From Rickettsiales bacterium (lineage in GTDB: Bacteria; Pseudomonadota; Alphaproteobacteria; Rickettsiales; SXRF01), in the NCBI GenBank assembly GCA_033762715.1, contig JANRLL010000009.1:1662-65661 (forward strand): 64,000 nucleotides of DNA, given 5' to 3'. The position numbers and the translations under genes are program-made. The notes under the pieces are model-generated. The model did no database searches and was not told the origin of the DNA. It saw only the letters and a list, made by a program, of their open reading frames with translations. This document shows positions 19,632 through 32,439 of this stretch, one piece after another (positions within the stretch are counted from its first letter, which is position 1; every line of letters starts with the position of its first letter).

Positions 19632-21161
19632 ATGGATATCCGTCCGTCGGAAATTTCAGACATTCTTAAAAAGCAAATCACGCAGTTTGGCGCCGATGCT
19701 GAACTCAGCGAAACCGGTCAGGTGGTATCGGTAGGCGACGGTATTGCAACCGTATATGGCCTGGAAAACATCCAAGCGGGTGAGACGGTCGAATTCTCCA
19801 ATGGCATGAAAGGCATGGCGCTCAACCTGGCTTCAGACAATGTCGGTGTGGTAATTTTCGGCGATGACCGCTCGGTCAAAGAAGGCGATACGGTAAAACG
19901 TACCAATACCATTATGGATTGCCCCGTGGGCAAAGGTTTGCTCGGCCGCGTGGTTGACGCGCTGGGTAACCCTATCGATGGCAAGGGTCCGCTCAAAGAC
20001 GTGAAACGTTCGCGCGTGGAAATCAAAGCGCCTGGCATTATCGCCCGTAAATCGGTACATGAGCCGATGTCGACCGGTATTAAATCGATCGATGCGCTGA
20101 TTCCAATCGGCCGCGGCCAACGCGAATTGATCATTGGTGACCGTCAAACCGGTAAAACGGCGATCGCAGTCGATACCATCTTGAACCAAAAAGCGATCAA
20201 TGCCGGCAATGACGAAAGCAAAAAACTCTATTGTATCTATGTAGCGGTTGGTCAGAAACGCTCAACGGTTGCGCAAGTGGTGCGTAAACTGGAAGAAGCA
20301 GGCGCGCTGCAATATACCATCGTGGTGGCAGCTACCGCGTCGGAACCAGCGCCGTTGCAATTCTTGGCGCCTTATACCGGTTGCGCGATGGGCGAATTCT
20401 TCCGCGATAACGGCATGCATGCGCTGATCATTTATGATGATCTGTCTAAACAAGCGGTGGCTTACCGCCAAATGTCGCTGCTGCTGCGCCGTCCACCAGG
20501 ACGCGAAGCGTATCCTGGCGACGTATTCTACATTCACTCGCGCTTGCTCGAGCGTGCGGCAAAAATGTCTGATAAAGAAGGCGCTGGTTCGCTTACCGCA
20601 TTGCCGGTGATTGAAACCCAAGCCGGTGACGTATCGGCTTATATCCCTACCAACGTGATCTCGATCACCGACGGTCAGATCTTCTTGGAAACCGATTTGT
20701 TCTATAAAGGTATCCGTCCGGCGGTCAACGTGGGTCTTTCCGTATCGCGCGTAGGTTCTTCGGCGCAGGTAAAGGCGATGAAACAAGTGGCCGGCTCGAT
20801 TAAGCTGGAGCTTGCGCAATATCGTGAGATGGAAGCATTCGCTCAGTTTGGTTCGGACTTGGATCCAGCGACGCAAAAATTGCTCGCCCGCGGCCAGCGT
20901 CTGACCGAACTGCTCAAACAGCCGCAATATTCGCCGCTTTCGACCGCAGAAGAAGTCTGCGTGATTTATGCCGGTGTGAAAGGCTATTTGGACCGGATCG
21001 CCACCAAAGATGTCGGCAAATTTGAACAGGCGCTGCTGCAAGATCTGCGCACGTCCAACAAAGATATGCTGGATGAACTCACCAGCAAAAACGTGCTAAG
21101 CGATACGGTGGAAGCCAAGTTGAAAGCGCTGCTCGAAACCTTAGTGAAACGGTTTGCGTAA
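19632..21161 (+). CDS. atpA: ATP synthase F1 alpha
   Basis: [18 protein letters not shown]. Confidence 0.98.
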   Translation: MDIRPSEISDILKKQITQFGADAELSETGQVVSVGDGIATVYGLENIQAGETVEFSNGMKGMALNLASDNVGVVIFGDDRSVKEGDTVKRTNTIMDCPVGKGLLGRVVDALGNPIDGKGPLKDVKRSRVEIKAPGIIARKSVHEPMSTGIKSIDALIPIGRGQRELIIGDRQTGKTAIAVDTILNQKAINAGNDESKKLYCIYVAVGQKRSTVAQVVRKLEEAGALQYTIVVAATASEPAPLQFLAPYTGCAMGEFFRDNGMHALIIYDDLSKQAVAYRQMSLLLRRPPGREAYPGDVFYIHSRLLERAAKMSDKEGAGSLTALPVIETQAGDVSAYIPTNVISITDGQIFLETDLFYKGIRPAVNVGLSVSRVGSSAQVKAMKQVAGSIKLELAQYREMEAFAQFGSDLDPATQKLLARGQRLTELLKQPQYSPLSTAEEVCVIYAGVKGYLDRIATKDVGKFEQALLQDLRTSNKDMLDELTSKNVLSDTVEAKLKALLETLVKRFA

Positions 21162-21167
21162 CCTGTC

Positions 21168-22043
21168 ATGCCGTCACTAAAGGAGCTTAAAAACCGCATC
21201 AAGTCGATTAAGTCGACGCAGAAGATCACCAAAGCGCAAAAGATGGTGGCGGCAAGCAAGTTGCGCCGTGCACAGGAACAGGCTGAAGCTGCTCGCCCTT
21301 ATACCGAGGCGATGGAGCGCTTATTGGAATCGCTGGCATCGGGCATCAGCGAAGGCGCGTTGGCCCCGCCTTTATTGGTCGGCACCGGTAAGCAAGAGAC
21401 GCACCTGATTATTGTTGCTACTTCCGATCGCGGTTTGTGCGGTGCGTTTAACAGCTCGATCGTGCGCGCGGTGCGTCGTAAGGTGCGTGAATTGCGCACC
21501 AACGGTACGGTGGTGAAGCTGATTTGCATTGGCCGCAAAGGCTATGAACAGCTGCAAGGCGAATTTGGTTCGCTGATTATCGCTAAATCCGAATTGAAAA
21601 ATAAAATCAGCTATGCTGATGCTGAAGCGATGGCTGCACGCATCCTGGCATTATTTGAAGCCGGTGATTTCGATGTGGCGCACATCGTTTATAATAAATT
21701 CCGCTCTGCTATTTCGCAGATCGTAACCTTCCAGCAACTTATTCCACTGCCGCCGCCGGAAGTGACCGAAGACACCCATCCTGCCATTGCCCCCTATGAC
21801 TACGAGCCCAATGAAAATGAGATTTTAGCTGATTTATTGCCGCGCAATCTGGGCGTGCAGATTTATCATGCGCTCTTAGAAAATGCCGCGTCTGAACAAG
21901 GCGCGCGTATGACTGCGATGGATAATGCGACTCGCAATGCCGGTGAGATGATCAAGAAACTCACCATTAAATATAACCGCACGCGTCAAGCGGCGATTAC
22001 CAAAGAACTGATCGAAATTATTTCCGGCGCGGAAGCCGTATAG
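21168..22043 (+). CDS. atpG: ATP synthase F1 gamma
   Basis: [24 protein letters not shown]. Confidence 0.98.
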   Translation: MPSLKELKNRIKSIKSTQKITKAQKMVAASKLRRAQEQAEAARPYTEAMERLLESLASGISEGALAPPLLVGTGKQETHLIIVATSDRGLCGAFNSSIVRAVRRKVRELRTNGTVVKLICIGRKGYEQLQGEFGSLIIAKSELKNKISYADAEAMAARILALFEAGDFDVAHIVYNKFRSAISQIVTFQQLIPLPPPEVTEDTHPAIAPYDYEPNENEILADLLPRNLGVQIYHALLENAASEQGARMTAMDNATRNAGEMIKKLTIKYNRTRQAAITKELIEIISGAEAV

Positions 22044-23490
<1,447 letters not shown>

Positions 23491-23492
<2 letters not shown>

Positions 23493-23612
23493 TTACTAGC
23501 TATGTTGGATAGCTTGCTTGCTTTATCTCTCTTCCGTTGCTCACGTACTCTAGACGTACGCTGCGCTACGGATCTCGATAAAGCGGTGCATCTATCTCAA
23601 CCTAGCGTAATT
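23491..23612. repeat. RPE-like palindromic element between atpD and atpC
   Basis: Nested inverted repeats (gctttatc/gataaagc among others) around the core gctcacgtac-N6-gtacgctgcgc. Confidence 0.75.
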
Positions 23613-23629
23613 GAATAGGGAATAAAAAT

Positions 23630-24016
23630 ATGAAGCTGAAACTCATCACGCCAGAAAAAGCCTTCTTCATTGGCCAAGTGGATACGGTGACCGTTCCTGG
23701 TTCCCAAGGTGAGTTTGGCGTATTGGATGGCCATACGCCGTTTGTGTCCACCTTGCGCCCAGGCATTGTCACCATTGAGCAAACTGGTGGCGAGACGCGT
23801 AAAATACTGGTGCTCTCGGGCATTGCTGAAGTTGATCCCGAGCATTGCGTGGTGCTGGCAGAAACAGCCATTGATGTCACCCAGGTGACCCAGACCGAGG
23901 CGCAGACCAAGCTGCAAGAAGCGAAAAAGCTGACTGATGAGGCCGTGACGGAAGCAGAAAAGAAAGATGCTGCCTTTAAGCTTTCGGTGGCAGAAACCCT
24001 GGTTCAGGCCCTCTAA
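23630..24016 (+). CDS. atpC: ATP synthase F1 epsilon
   Basis: ITPEK...PGSQGEFGVLDGHTP. Confidence 0.95.
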   Translation: MKLKLITPEKAFFIGQVDTVTVPGSQGEFGVLDGHTPFVSTLRPGIVTIEQTGGETRKILVLSGIAEVDPEHCVVLAETAIDVTQVTQTEAQTKLQEAKKLTDEAVTEAEKKDAAFKLSVAETLVQAL

Positions 24017-24089
24017 CCTATAATGCGTACGCTCTGAACGCTGCCTATGGCGCGGCAAATCGGGCTTTCGGCCTCGATTTGCTATAATT

Positions 24090-24105
24090 TGGCACAGCTC
24101 TTGCA
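24090..24105 (+). promoter_or_regulatory. sigma-54 (-24/-12) promoter
   Basis: TGGCAC-AGCTC-TTGCA with exact GG-N10-GC spacing, 32 bp upstream of ATG 24138. Confidence 0.7.
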
Positions 24106-24137
24106 ATCCTTATGGGGCATCCTTAAGGAGACATGTT

Positions 24138-24527
24138 ATGACGTCATCTATTACCATTTATCCGGAGACTTCCAATCCGCCGCCCGCTCAGGCTTTAAAA
24201 GCCAAAGCGCCCAATCTGGTGAATGATAATTTCTTTGCCAGCTTTAGCGATGCATTGGATGTGATCAATCCGCTGCAACATATACCGGTGGTCTCGGATG
24301 CCTACCGCGCCATGACACAAGATACAATTTCCCCGGGTTCAAAACTGTTAGGCGGTGCGTTGTTTGGTGGCCCTATTGGCTTTGCCTCGGCCTTGCTTAG
24401 CGCCATTTTTCAAGATGTATCGGGTGATACGGTGGGTGGTCAGCTCTATGCGATGATGGATGATGGCCCAGAAATATCGACCGAGAATGCCGCGTCTGCC
24501 TATCAAAATACCTATCAACTCTTATAA
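24138..24527 (+). CDS. conserved hypothetical protein
   Basis: AAGGAG RBS; DVINPLQHIPVVS..YR...GGALFGGPIG motif. Confidence 0.75.
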   Translation: MTSSITIYPETSNPPPAQALKAKAPNLVNDNFFASFSDALDVINPLQHIPVVSDAYRAMTQDTISPGSKLLGGALFGGPIGFASALLSAIFQDVSGDTVGGQLYAMMDDGPEISTENAASAYQNTYQLL

Positions 24528-25181
24528 TCGCTCGCCGAATAAGGCCGTGCCAATCCGCACGCAGCTTGAACCCATGCGTATGGCCGTTTCGTAATCGTTG
24601 CTCATGCCCATGCTTAGCTGGTTGAGGCCGTGATTGCCCGCGATTTTTTTGAGCAAGGCAAAATGCGGAGCCGGCGCCTGCTCGGCCGGCGGTACACACA
24701 TAAGCCCCACCACCGGCAACCCCAATGTCTTGAGGCAATAGTCAATAAAGCGCTCGGCATCTTTCGGGCTGATACCTGATTTTTGGGGCTCATCGCCGAT
24801 ATTGACCTGAATGAAGAACTGTTTGCTTCCGCCGCTCGTATATTGTTTGGCTATCTCATCGGCAAGCTTGGGTCTATCTAAGGTCTGGATGACATCAAAC
24901 AACTCCAGTGCTGGTTTGACCTTGTTGCTTTGCAAAGGCCCAATCAAATGCAGCTGGATATGCGGGTGTTTTTTCTTAATTTCTGGCCATTTTTCATATG
25001 CTTCCTGTACACGGTTCTCACCAAAATAGGTAAGGCCCGCTGCAATGGCTTCTTCTATAATAGCCAGGCCTTGTCCTTTGCTTGCCCCCAGGATCAGGGG
25101 AGTCTTATAAGACAAGCTATTGTCTTTACCTAATTTATCGATCTTTCCTTGAATGGAACGGAGGCGGTCTGCAAGAGTCAT
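24522..25181 (-). CDS. yggS: PLP homeostasis protein YggS family
   Basis: FGENRVQE, IGPLQSNK, LSMGMSND. Confidence 0.93.
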   Translation of the reverse strand: MTLADRLRSIQGKIDKLGKDNSLSYKTPLILGASKGQGLAIIEEAIAAGLTYFGENRVQEAYEKWPEIKKKHPHIQLHLIGPLQSNKVKPALELFDVIQTLDRPKLADEIAKQYTSGGSKQFFIQVNIGDEPQKSGISPKDAERFIDYCLKTLGLPVVGLMCVPPAEQAPAPHFALLKKIAGNHGLNQLSMGMSNDYETAIRMGSSCVRIGTALFGERL

Positions 25182-25454
25182 ATAGAAAGCTATCCCACTG
25201 TCTTTATTATTAAAAAACCGTTAAAAAACCAGGCCTATATAGCCGATTTTGTTGCCATATTGCAACAGCCAGAGTTAAAAGCTCCCCATTTTCCATTCAT
25301 CCTGCCCTTACGACTTGCCATGCGAAATAGTTTCAACAATATTGCGTTCAGGTAAATGCATGGGGTATATCGCCCTGTGTATCCTAGAGTGTCTTATTAA
25401 GAGCGATAAACTTAAGGTAAGCCACATTCTTATAACTTAAAAGGGAATGATACT

Positions 25455-26600
25455 ATGAAAAAAATTCTTCTTGGTACCTCTACCCTCATCAGCGCGGTGA
25501 GCCTGTTCGCAGGTGCTGCAGCTGCTGAGACTCCGAAGGTTACCCTCGGTGGCGTTGCTGACTTCCAAGTTGGCTACGTTAGCGAAGACCTCGACACCAA
25601 CCAACGCGCTCAAGCTTTCCGCAGCGATACCGAAGTAACGGTTCGTGTTGATGGCAAAACCGATGGCGGTCTGGGCTACGGCGCTGGCGTGGATATCGAA
25701 ACCGATACCACTGCTGATGCTTATACCCAAGGCACCAATGCTAGCAAAACCTTCCTTTATGTTGAAGGCGCTAACTGGGGTCGTGTTGAAGCTGGTTCAA
25801 CCACTGGTGCTGCTACCGCACTCAAAGTTGATGCTTCTCGCATCGCTCGTGCGACCGGCGGTATCGATGGCGATTTCACCTATTTCCTCGATGCTCCTGG
25901 TACCCAATATCTCGTAACTCCTGATCTCGTTCTGGATTACGGTGCTGGTACTCTGGGTAACGAATCTCAAGAAAACGCTAACAAAGTTAGCTACTACACC
26001 CCACGTTTTGCTGGCTTCCAAGCTGGTATCAGCTACATCGTTGACCTGAACCGTGGTCAAGGCGTGAACCGCTTTGATAATAACACCGGTGCTGGTGGCG
26101 TTGCTGTAGCTTCTGCTGTTGATAACATCTTCGAAGGTGGCATCAACTATGAAGGTAAATTCGGTGATGTTGGCTTTGCTGCTGCTGTTACCGGCACCAC
26201 CGGTAGTGCAACTGTTGCTACTACGGAAGATCTCCGCGCTTGGAACGCTGGTGCTAAACTCTCTTACCAAGGCTTCAGCGTTGCTGGTTCTTATGGTGAT
26301 TGGGGTGATAGCCTCCGTACGGCCACTGATGGTACCGATGAAACCAGCTACTGGACTGCTGGTCTCGCTTATGAAACCGGTCCGTTCGGTGCTAGCGTAA
26401 CCTACTTAAGCAGCGAATACGACATCGCTTCTACCACGACCGATGCTGAATTCACTAACATCGCTGTGGGTGTAGACTACAAACTGGCTCCTGGTCTGAC
26501 TCCATATGCTGAAGTTAACTTCATCGAATTCGACGAAGCAACTGCAGCATCTGATAACGACGCTACCGTCTTTATCGCTGGTACTCAGCTGAGCTTCTAA
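25455..26600 (+). CDS. outer-membrane porin
   Basis: Signal peptide MKKILLGTS, amphipathic beta strands, terminal Phe, strongly biased codon usage. Confidence 0.9.
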   Translation: MKKILLGTSTLISAVSLFAGAAAAETPKVTLGGVADFQVGYVSEDLDTNQRAQAFRSDTEVTVRVDGKTDGGLGYGAGVDIETDTTADAYTQGTNASKTFLYVEGANWGRVEAGSTTGAATALKVDASRIARATGGIDGDFTYFLDAPGTQYLVTPDLVLDYGAGTLGNESQENANKVSYYTPRFAGFQAGISYIVDLNRGQGVNRFDNNTGAGGVAVASAVDNIFEGGINYEGKFGDVGFAAAVTGTTGSATVATTEDLRAWNAGAKLSYQGFSVAGSYGDWGDSLRTATDGTDETSYWTAGLAYETGPFGASVTYLSSEYDIASTTTDAEFTNIAVGVDYKLAPGLTPYAEVNFIEFDEATAASDNDATVFIAGTQLSF

Positions 26601-26627
26601 TTCTCGCAAGAGAATTGGACAAGGATC

Positions 26628-26654
26628 AAGGGCGGTGCTTGCACCGCCCTTTTT
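26628..26654 (+). terminator. rho-independent terminator after the porin gene
   Basis: aagggcggtgc-tt-gcaccgccctt followed by a T run. Confidence 0.85.
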
Positions 26655-26677
26655 CTTTAGCTAATATCGGGCTCTCG

Positions 26678-26805
26678 TTAGAGCGCTTTCATTTTGCCTT
26701 TTACAGCGCCTGCCTGCGGTCTCGCCGTGCTCATGTACTTCCAATGTACACCCCGCTCGCCTCGCCTTGGCATGCATCTGTAAAAACAAAAGCAAAACGC
26801 TCTAA
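26678..26805. repeat. RPE-like palindromic element (copy 1)
   Basis: ttagagcg/cgctctaa termini; core nearly identical to 58134-58220. Confidence 0.85.
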
Positions 26806-26847
26806 ATAAGCCAATCGAATACATTGTCGTTAATACGTTGAGGTTCC

Positions 26848-27357
26848 ATGAAAAAATATATTATTGCTCTAATAGCGCTCACCAGCATGACGGCTTGTAG
26901 CGATGTTAAAAAAGAGTCAGCTGGCCAACCGATGAGCGCGGAAGATCAGCTCAAAGCCAGCCGCGGCAAACTCACCGGTGATGATGGCATCTTGCTTGCC
27001 GGCCGCCGTTCGGATGAAGCTGCCAGCGCCTCGCCGCTGGGTGTGAATAGTTATCTATGGCGCGCAACGCTCGACACGCTCTCATTCATGCCGTTGGTTT
27101 CGGCTGATCCCTTTGGCGGTGTGATCATCACCGACTGGTATGAAGATCCCAAAACCCCAGGCGAACGCTTCAAAATCAATGCGCTGATTCTGGATAAAAC
27201 CTTGCGTGCCGACGGCGTCAAAATCACGCTCTTTAAGCAACAGCGCGACAAGAAAGACAGCTGGCGGGATATCGCCGTCGATAAAAAACTGGAACGCACC
27301 TTGGAGGATACCATCCTGACCCGCGCGCGCCAATTTAAGGTGGTGCAAGGGAAGTAA
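26848..27357 (+). CDS. DUF3576 lipoprotein
   Basis: Lipobox MTAC; [31 protein letters not shown]. Confidence 0.88.
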   Translation: MKKYIIALIALTSMTACSDVKKESAGQPMSAEDQLKASRGKLTGDDGILLAGRRSDEAASASPLGVNSYLWRATLDTLSFMPLVSADPFGGVIITDWYEDPKTPGERFKINALILDKTLRADGVKITLFKQQRDKKDSWRDIAVDKKLERTLEDTILTRARQFKVVQGK

Positions 27358-27359
27358 TC

Positions 27360-29885
27360 ATGAGTAAGGATGCAAGCCGCTATAACGTTCGCGAATCGGA
27401 AGCGAAATGGCAGAAACGTTGGCAGGATGGTCGTGTTTTTGAAGTAGGCAACGCGCCTTCCGATAAGCCTGGCTATTATGTGCTGGAGATGTTTCCGTAC
27501 CCGTCTGGCAATATCCATATGGGCCATGTGCGTAACTACACGCTGGGTGATGTGGTGGCGCGCACCAAGCGCATGCAGGGCTTCGACGTGCTGCATCCGA
27601 TGGGCTGGGACGCCTTTGGCTTACCGGCAGAAAATGCGGCGATTGAGAAAAAACTCCATCCTGGTGATTGGACGCTCTCTAACATTGCCACCATGCGCGA
27701 GCAGCTGAAATTAATTGGGCTTTCCTATGATTGGTCGCGCGAACTCGCCACCTGCCTACCCGATTATTACAAGCATGAGCAGGCATTCTTCCTCAAATTT
27801 TTAGAAGCAGGCCTGGCGTATCGCAAGGAAGCGGAAGTGAATTGGGATCCGGTCGATCATACGGTGCTGGCCAATGAGCAGGTGATTGACGGCCGCGGCT
27901 GGCGCTCGGGAGCGTTGGTGGAGCGCCGTAAACTATCGCAATGGTTTTTGCGTATTTCCGATTGCGCCGATGAGCTGCTTGTCGGCTTGGAAGGCTTAAA
28001 AGAATGGCCCGACAAAGTGCGCATCATGCAGGAAAAATGGATCGGCAAATCCTACGGCGCTACGTTGCGCCTCACCATTTCCGGTGAAAAAGAACCGCTG
28101 GAGATTTACACCACCCGTCCGGAAACATTGTTCGGCATGTCGTTTTGCGCCATTTCACCTGGCCATCCGCTGGCACAGCAATTGGCGGTGGGCAATAGCC
28201 GGCTTTCGGATTTTATCGCCGAATGCCAGCAAATCGGCACCAGCGAAGAAGCGATCGAGAAAGCCGAAAAGAAAGGCTTCGATACCGGCCTTCGCATCGT
28301 GCATCCATTCGATGGCCGTGAAGTGCCGTTATTTGTCGCGAATTTCGTCCTTATGGATTACGGCACCGGCGCTATCTTTGCCTGTCCGGCACATGACCAG
28401 CGCGACTTTGATTTCGCCAAAAAATACAACCTGCCCATCCTGCCGGTGATTGAAGGCACGCCTGCCTTGCAAGAGGAAGCGTATACGGGCGATGGGGTGA
28501 TGATTCATTCCGATTTCTTAAACGGCCTTTCGGTCGCCGATGCCAAGCAGCGCATGATCAAAGCGCTGGAAGAGCGTGCGGCCGGCACGGCTAAAATCAA
28601 TTACCGCCTGCGTGACTGGGGTATTTCGCGCCAACGCTATTGGGGCTGTCCGATTCCTATTATCCATTGCAATAGCTGCGGCGTGGTGCCGGTGCCGGAA
28701 AAAGAATTGCCGGTGGAACTGCCCAAAGATGTGACGTTTGATAAACCTGGCAATCCGCTCGATCACCATCCAACCTGGAAAAACGTGGCCTGCCCGACCT
28801 GCGGCAAAGCGGCTCGCCGTGAGACCGACACGTTTGATACTTTCTTTGAATCCTCCTGGTATTTTGCGCGCTTTGCTACCCTGCCCTCGGACAATCCGCT
28901 GGAGCCGGAGGCGCTCAAACGCTGGATGCCTGTCGATTGCTATATTGGCGGGATTGAACATGCGGTGCTGCACCTGCTTTATTCGCGCTTTTTCTGCCGT
29001 GCGCTCAAACGCTGTGGCCTGATGCCGGTGGAAGAGCCGTTCAAACGCTTGGAAACCCAAGGCATGATCTGTCATGAGACCTATAAGGATAGTGGCGGCA
29101 AATGGCTCTCACCTGATGACATCACCACCGATGAGCAAGGTCAGGTTATTGCGCTATCCGATAAGAAGCCAGTGACGGTTGGCCGTATCGAGAAAATGAG
29201 CAAATCGAAGAAAAACACCGTCGACCCACGCCATATTATTGAAAGCTACGGGGCCGATGCGGCGCGCTTATTTATGCTCTCGGACAGCCCGCCCGATCGT
29301 GATTTGGAATGGACCGATGCTGGTATTGAAGGTGCCTGGCGCTATATCAATAAGCTCTGGCGCCTGGTGACCGAGCCCGCAGCGGCGGTGGCCGATGGCT
29401 CATCGGTGACGGAATTGCGTAAAGCCGTCCATAAGACCATTGCGGCGGTGACCGAGGATATTGAACGCTTCCATTTTAACAAAGCCATCGCCCGTATTCG
29501 CGAGCTGACCAATCTAATGGGCGATATGCCCAAAAATGCCCCAGAAATGGGCGAAGCCATTGAGGCAGTAGTGCACCTGCTCTCACCCTTCATGCCCCAT
29601 CTGGCAGAGGCTTTATGGGAAGAATTGGGCCATTCGGATCTGGTATGTACCCGTGCATGGCCAAAAGCCGATGCGAGCCTCGCAGCTGACGACGAGGTGA
29701 CCATCGCCGTGCAGATCAATGGCAAGCTGCGTGCGACTATTAAATTACCTAAGGATTTGGATAAAAAACTGGCCGAGGAGAAAATCTTAGCGCTGGACGA
29801 AATCAAAGCATCGCTTAAAGATAAAACCATCAATAAGGTAATTGTGGTGCCCAATAGGATCGTGAATGTCGTTGTACAGCAATAA
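27360..29885 (+). CDS. leuS: leucine--tRNA ligase
   Basis: MFPYPSG, HMGH, KMSKS. Confidence 0.97.
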   Translation: MSKDASRYNVRESEAKWQKRWQDGRVFEVGNAPSDKPGYYVLEMFPYPSGNIHMGHVRNYTLGDVVARTKRMQGFDVLHPMGWDAFGLPAENAAIEKKLHPGDWTLSNIATMREQLKLIGLSYDWSRELATCLPDYYKHEQAFFLKFLEAGLAYRKEAEVNWDPVDHTVLANEQVIDGRGWRSGALVERRKLSQWFLRISDCADELLVGLEGLKEWPDKVRIMQEKWIGKSYGATLRLTISGEKEPLEIYTTRPETLFGMSFCAISPGHPLAQQLAVGNSRLSDFIAECQQIGTSEEAIEKAEKKGFDTGLRIVHPFDGREVPLFVANFVLMDYGTGAIFACPAHDQRDFDFAKKYNLPILPVIEGTPALQEEAYTGDGVMIHSDFLNGLSVADAKQRMIKALEERAAGTAKINYRLRDWGISRQRYWGCPIPIIHCNSCGVVPVPEKELPVELPKDVTFDKPGNPLDHHPTWKNVACPTCGKAARRETDTFDTFFESSWYFARFATLPSDNPLEPEALKRWMPVDCYIGGIEHAVLHLLYSRFFCRALKRCGLMPVEEPFKRLETQGMICHETYKDSGGKWLSPDDITTDEQGQVIALSDKKPVTVGRIEKMSKSKKNTVDPRHIIESYGADAARLFMLSDSPPDRDLEWTDAGIEGAWRYINKLWRLVTEPAAAVADGSSVTELRKAVHKTIAAVTEDIERFHFNKAIARIRELTNLMGDMPKNAPEMGEAIEAVVHLLSPFMPHLAEALWEELGHSDLVCTRAWPKADASLAADDEVTIAVQINGKLRATIKLPKDLDKKLAEEKILALDEIKASLKDKTINKVIVVPNRIVNVVVQQ

Positions 29886-30516
29886 GTTGCCCTTACTGGC
29901 TTTGTGTCTGTGGCTTTCGGCTTGCGGGTTTAAGCCGCTCTATGATCAAGAGCAACGCAACGCGAAAGACCATTCGGCCTTTGCCGGCGTGCTGGTCGAA
30001 AATATCCCTGAGCGCAGCGGTCAATTGCTCAAAGCCGATCTGGAAGACCGTCTGAATCCCGATGGGGTGGTGCCGCCTCACCCTGCTTTTCGCCTGGTGG
30101 CGAGCTTAGCGGCTAACGAAGCGGCGATCGACGTGGCGCGTGACGGTACGGTGTCGCGTACCAACCTCTATCTCAATTCAACCTATTCGCTGTTTCGCAC
30201 TTCGGACGGGGTGAAGGTGACCTCCGGCACGATTCGCCATGTCAGCAGCTTTAATAATAACGTGGTGAATGCCTATTTCTCGACCTATGTGTCGCGCGAA
30301 GATGCGATCCAGCGTTCGATTCATGAGCTGAGCGAAAAATACCGCCAGCGCCTGTCAGCTTATCTCGCTGGCCCCGATAGCGGCAAGCCGGACGATACGG
30401 TCAACAAGCAAAAACAAGAGAATGAAAATGGTGATGGGCCGTATCCGTTTATCCCCAGCATTCAAAACCCAACGGCCGATCCGAACATGCCGTATAACCC
30501 CTTCATAAATCGATGA
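29866..30516 (+). CDS. lptE: LPS assembly lipoprotein LptE
   Basis: [10 protein letters not shown]; lies between leuS and holA. Confidence 0.85.
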   Translation: MSLYSNKLPLLALCLWLSACGFKPLYDQEQRNAKDHSAFAGVLVENIPERSGQLLKADLEDRLNPDGVVPPHPAFRLVASLAANEAAIDVARDGTVSRTNLYLNSTYSLFRTSDGVKVTSGTIRHVSSFNNNVVNAYFSTYVSREDAIQRSIHELSEKYRQRLSAYLAGPDSGKPDDTVNKQKQENENGDGPYPFIPSIQNPTADPNMPYNPFINR

Positions 30517-31523
30517 AAATAGCCACGAAAGCAGCTGACGGCTTCATTCGCGCCCCCGGCGCTTGTAAGGCGGTGCTGCTTTATGGACCCGATGATGGGT
30601 TGGTGCGTGACCGCTATCAGCTGCTGCGCGATGGGTTCTTAGGCAAAGATTATGATGCCATGGCGCTGGTGGAATTTGATGAAGCAAGCCTAAGCCAAGA
30701 CGGCGCTAAGCTTAGTGATGAGATATTGGCTGTGAGCATGATGGCGCCCAGACGCATGATTGTGCTGCGCGTGACCGGCGATAAGGTGGCAAGCCTTATT
30801 AAAGAAGCCGCCCCTCATTTGCATGATGATGTGCGCTTGGTGGTGTTGGCGGGAGAGCTGACCACCCGCTCCAGCCTGCGTTCCTGGTTTGAAGCGGACG
30901 CACAAGCAGCATCGGTGGCCTGCTATCAGGATGAGGGCTATCAGCTGCAAGGGGTGATTCGCAAAAGTTTCAGCGAAGCAGGCATTCAGGCCTCTGCGGA
31001 TGCGACGGACTATCTGGCAGCGCAGCTCGGCAATGACCGCTATGTAACCTATCAGGAATTGCAAAAAATCATCACCTATTTGGGTGAGCAAAAGCAGCTG
31101 ACCATCGAGGTGGCGCAGGCGTTGGTGGGCTATAATAAAGATTCGGATTTGGATGATATTGTACAAGCCGTGGCGGACAAAAATCTGGCGAATTTGGACA
31201 AGATGCTCCAGGTGCAGCTGCATGAGGGCGCGCAACCCATTGCATACCTACGAGCGCTACAGCGCTATTTCAACCGGCTCTATTTGCTTAAAGCGCAAAT
31301 GAGCCAGGGTGTGAGTATGGAATCAGCTATTAGCGGCCTCAAGCCTAAGGTGTTTTTTAAGCAGGAACAATCGCTTAAGCGCCATCTAACCCAATGGAAA
31401 TTAACCGATGTGACCAAGGCGCTGGGCTTTTTGATTGCCGCCGAGCTGGCCTGCAAAACCAGCGACCTGCCCCCTATTCCAGCGAGCAGTCGTAAGCTCT
31501 TTCAAATCGCTCAGATTAGATAG
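30513..31523 (+). CDS. holA: DNA polymerase III delta subunit
   Basis: LLYGPDDGLV; synteny with leuS-lptE. Confidence 0.9.
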   Translation: MKIATKAADGFIRAPGACKAVLLYGPDDGLVRDRYQLLRDGFLGKDYDAMALVEFDEASLSQDGAKLSDEILAVSMMAPRRMIVLRVTGDKVASLIKEAAPHLHDDVRLVVLAGELTTRSSLRSWFEADAQAASVACYQDEGYQLQGVIRKSFSEAGIQASADATDYLAAQLGNDRYVTYQELQKIITYLGEQKQLTIEVAQALVGYNKDSDLDDIVQAVADKNLANLDKMLQVQLHEGAQPIAYLRALQRYFNRLYLLKAQMSQGVSMESAISGLKPKVFFKQEQSLKRHLTQWKLTDVTKALGFLIAAELACKTSDLPPIPASSRKLFQIAQIR

Positions 31524-32427
31524 CGCGTCCCAGACGCTGCAAAATATTATCCAGCTGCGAGAGCGAATCATAGGCCAGTACAATCTCACCGCTTTGGCCG
31601 CGATCATGGATGCTCACGCGAATGCCTAAGTCATCCGACAGGCTTGCTTCCAAGGCCAAAATATCAGGGTCTTTCGAGCTGGTCTGACGGCGATTGCTGG
31701 TGCCGCGCGGTGCGTTGGATTTAGGCTCCTGCGCGCCTTTGCTAAAGCGCTCGGCATCACGAACATTAAGGCCTTTGCTTACAATCTCCTTGGCCAGCGC
31801 TACCGGATCTTTGGCGGTGAGCAATGCTCTCGCATGGCCCATGGTCAGCTCGCCCTTATCCAGCATCAGCTTTACTTCTTCCGGCAACGTCAATAAGCGC
31901 AATAAATTTGCGACATGGCTGCGGCTTTTACCCACGACCGAGGCCAACTCTTCCTGGGTGTAGTCGAACTCCTCAATCAGCCGTTGATAGCCAAGCGCCT
32001 CTTCGAGCGGCGATAAATCTTGGCGCTGGATATTTTCCACCAGGGCGAATTCGAGGGCTTCTTTATCGGTCAGGTCACGGATGATCACCGGCACTTGCTC
32101 GAGCGAAGCCATTTTAGACGCGCGCCAACGACGCTCACCGGCGATGATTTCATATTTGCCCGAATATTTGCTGGAAGGACGCACGATGATCGGCTGCATC
32201 ACGCCGTTCTTTTTAATCGACTCCGACAACTCACCGAGCGCGGCATCATCAAAACGCGCGCGTGGTTGGTATTTGCCGGCATGCAGCTGCGCCACCGATA
32301 CGGTGGTCACACCCATACCCGTTTCTTTTGGCGCGGCATCGGCTGCTTTTTTCTGTGCGGTCGGCTGGACATAATTCTCGGAAATCAGCGCCGACAGGCC
32401 TTTTCCTAATCCACGATTTGCTGCCAT
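31516..32427 (-). CDS. parB: chromosome partitioning protein ParB
   Basis: RGLGKGL, IIAGERRWRA, ENIQRQDL. Confidence 0.96.
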   Translation of the reverse strand: MAANRGLGKGLSALISENYVQPTAQKKAADAAPKETGMGVTTVSVAQLHAGKYQPRARFDDAALGELSESIKKNGVMQPIIVRPSSKYSGKYEIIAGERRWRASKMASLEQVPVIIRDLTDKEALEFALVENIQRQDLSPLEEALGYQRLIEEFDYTQEELASVVGKSRSHVANLLRLLTLPEEVKLMLDKGELTMGHARALLTAKDPVALAKEIVSKGLNVRDAERFSKGAQEPKSNAPRGTSNRRQTSSKDPDILALEASLSDDLGIRVSIHDRGQSGEIVLAYDSLSQLDNILQRLGRAI

Positions 32428-32439
32428 GTGTGGTTCTCC

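Noticed and set aside
20262-21041. Long antisense ORFs over atpA, atpD, leuS, mnmE and hemF
   Set aside because: These are shadow ORFs arising from codon bias of well-supported genes on the opposite strand.
24821-24845. Possible remnant of the hemF-type element in yggS (gcttccgccgctcgta; TSGGS)
   Set aside because: The match is too short, and there is no clear hairpin or length increase in the protein.
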